From NCBI GenBank assembly GCA_043228905.1, contig JBHGNT010000022.1, positions 11,160,001 through 11,224,000 on the forward strand: 64,000 nucleotides of DNA, read 5' to 3'. Below, in pieces: positions 61,043 through 64,000 of this stretch. Below the pieces are notes generated by a model. The model was given only the letters and a program-made list of their open reading frames with translations, was not told where the DNA came from and searched no databases. The first letter of the stretch is position 1. Each line of letters starts with the position of its first letter. The stretch comes from Azolla caroliniana (taxonomy: Eukaryota > Plantae > Polypodiophyta). The translations under genes were made by a program, and so were the position numbers.

Positions 61043-63685
61043 TTAATCTGAAAACCATGAGACCTCATCCAAATCTTTGTTTTCAGATTGGACACCTGCA
61101 TTAGTCTCTCTTAGAAGGTCAGCTTGTTGCAGCAAGTCTAGTGTATCGTCTTTCGGAAACTCGACTAGATCTGATTTGCTTAAGATTTCCGTCTCGCTTT
61201 GACCTCTTGATGCCTGTCGATATAATAGGTCCCCCATAGAGTTTGTGAGATTCTTCTCATTGCTCTTACAAATGCAAGAGCTCGGAAACTCAAAAAAATC
61301 ACCACCAGGTCTCTTCTCATCGGGCTCACCAATATAACCCCTCTGGATACGCCTCAACTTTTTCGTGAAAGCTCTCCATGTGATATTCCTCCTAGTAGAA
61401 AATAAACTCCCTAATTTCTTCACATTTGGCTGTATTGTCCGCTTATGTGCTCTGTAACGCCTGAAAAGAGAAGAGATGCCATGGCATCAGTCGCAAGAAT
61501 GATTTACTAGAATTTATGATTTTACTTTAGCAAAATTAATAAAGGACAAATTTATCAATATCATAATATTATTTTCGTGAAAATTTCCAAAAAGCCATCC
61601 AATTTTTCTGAAACATTACCACACCACCGTTACATGATACAAACAAACATTTTATGGAGCCAAAATGGAAAGTACTAATCACTTCCAATCAAGGGCAAAT
61701 AAGCTCTAATAAATCATTGATGACCCCTAAATAAATGTTGATCACCCCAATTATGCACTGAAGCCCATAGCTAATCAACTCCAGTTGAGTACTAACCATC
61801 CTAGTAATTCAGCATTAACCACTCATCTCAATTAGCATCAATCACCTACTTAAGCGCTAATCATATCTACGGTTTAGATGATAACTTTCCCTAATTTGGA
61901 TGGCTTTTGGGCAATTTCCTCAAGTAACGATGGGTATATTTGGTAGCTTTTCCATGAATAAATGTGTATCACAATGAGATGAAGCAAAACCTGCTGCCTG
62001 CGAGTATCTTAACCATATTCCCATTATAGTTAGTAATGAATACATCACTTTCTTCACAAACTATGTAGTCGATTGCGGCCATACGGTTTGTGTACGGCAT
62101 GAACGGCCCCAGCTCTTCATAGCTTGTCAACGAGTCTTTGGTGTGAAAATTTGGAAAGAGTGCTCGCAAAGGTGCTAAATTGTCTTCACCACCATAAACC
62201 TCTCCAGATGCAACATAGATATGAGAGTTGTTCTCAAACCCAAGGGCTCTTAACATTAAGCCAACCTCCTCCGGTGTTAAGGGGCACTTCCCACTGCGAG
62301 GAACCTCTCCTTGCTTCATCGGCTGCAACACAAGTACACAACATCAAAAGAAAGACCCTTTTATGGATGAATAAGATGTAGTATGGAATTTATTGTTTAA
62401 AACTTTGGCAATATTAACCAATAAGGAAAAAGAAGACAAAAACGAAATATTGAAACACACCGATAGAGTTATCCATCGCTTTCGAATTTCACCTAGTTCT
62501 CTCCTTTCCTTCTCGCCACCGCCATAGTAGCAACCGGTAAAAGCTAGCATATCAGGTTCAAATCTGCACGACAGCTCCATGGAATCAGAAATGGTATCTC
62601 AAAGGTAGAAATCACAGTACACATTTTACAGGTCAATGTTAGGCAATTCTTTCAATTACTGCAAGATGTCAGACTGAAAATATTAATCATGAAACAATGA
62701 CCAAACTATCTACATAGTATATGTATCACAAGATGATCAAACTCTCTACACTGTGTATGAAAAGATTGCTGGACCTTAAATGTAGGGCAATGTATCGTCC
62801 ACCCTTGGTTCTCAAACGCTTCACTATAGTTTTGCCCATATCTGCAATTGCTGTAGTGAAACGCAGTGATTGATAGTTGACCCGACAACGCAGCTTCTGT
62901 AAACCTTCCTCAAGTTCGCTTGCGAGTCTATAATCAAATTTTGTTAAACGAATTGCCTGAAATAAAACCAAAACAGCATGATGTTAAATAACTTGGCAGG
63001 GCTTAAGTTGGCAGAAAAATGCTAATGCTCTCACATAATCCAATGGCCACATACCTTCTTCCTTCTTAGAAGAGGCAAGATAGATCTGATATAATGCTCA
63101 GGTTCGGACCTCCTTGGTGCACGAGTTGAATAAAGCATTTCTCTAGTGATTCTTAATCTCGACGGTACCTCTTTCAATATTTGTACATCTGGTGCCAAAG
63201 TAGCAATAAACCATTCGATATCGAATATGTCACTGAAGTTGCTGTAAAATAAAACGAAAACCACCTATAAGAACAAGTACGAACCTTAACTTTGAAGGAT
63301 TGAATGAGTTTCTTTTAATTATGTATTCCATCAACAATCACTCCATTCTCAAAAGGCCAGATGTTTTACCCCCAAGAATTCACAGCTAAAACGGAAACCT
63401 AATGAAAATGCAGAGAAGAAACATGATGGTACCAAAAGTGCAAAAATAATGCCATATTAAGAGACATGTTGCCAAAGCAAAGATATAAGAGATGGAAAAT
63501 AAATCAGACACAGGAAAGTCACCAATTATACATCCAAACATATGATTTAGACGATAATATCTTTAATAATAAATAAATAACAAACAATGGTTCAACCTGT
63601 TGTCCTTCCAAAAAGAATCATGGTCTAACACTGGTACTATAAGTGTTGCATTTAGAATTCGTGCAACCACTACAGCATCAGTAAT
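61043..63685 (-). CDS. O-fucosyltransferase family protein (GT106/PF10250-like), 3' exons; 5' end outside window
   Basis: Exons ~63685-63597 (ITDAVVVARILNATLIVP), 63242-63054 (FSDIFDIEWFI), 62957-62774 (LQKLRCRVNY...YIALHLR), 62563-62462 (FEPDMLAFTGC), 62322-61991 (GKCPLTPEEVGL...AAIDYIVC) and 61460-61043, with GT-AG junctions. Confidence 0.92.
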
Positions 63686-64000
63686 CTGTCAAAAACCAAA
63701 ATTATTTGTAGTTAGCATTACAGTTCCAAGCCCAGAAATTTGAAACATTATTTAATACTATCTTCAAGTATTGAATCCAGATGCAGCACATGTTGAAAAA
63801 CTATGACGATGTATTGATGTTGCAAACAGACTCTTCACTATTCAACCATGCAATGAAAGTAATTGCAGTATTATTATATTTTCATGCGACAAAGCTGACT
63901 TTTTAATCCAGTGTAAATTGTTGCTAAAAAATAAAATCCCTAGACAAACAAAAAACATTCTGAATGACCCAAACATACGTACACAAGTTTCACTAGATAA

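Overview
Eukaryotic land-plant nuclear DNA. It is probably a non-seed plant such as a fern; this is inferred from the Tcn1-like chromoviruses and the (AG)n-rich, intron-containing gene space. Host genes: an inverted, convergent pair of intronless ABCF4-like genes (8475-10688 +, 16590-18824 -), a ~26-exon RNA polymerase I second-largest subunit gene (NRPA2, 44032-56947 +) whose first intron is a U12 AT-AC intron, and the 3' part of an O-fucosyltransferase-family gene (-). The rest is nested retroelements (Tcn1-like Ty3/Gypsy, several Ty1/Copia, solo LTRs, LINEs) and a pogo/Tigger-like DNA transposon. Two results stand out. (1) The second ABCF copy appears chimeric: it sits inside an inverted, decayed NRPA2 duplicate and uses an NRPA2-like upstream motif, start codon and first 18 codons, while its CDS stays almost identical to copy 1 despite diverged flanks. 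(2) Two diverged Tcn1-like LTRs share one architecture: an antisense tRNA-like A/B-box cassette, a phased heat-shock-element array, a TATA box, and an R sequence complementary to the PBS (self-priming). The intact element also has a clear -1 frameshift signal. All alignments and counts were done by eye.
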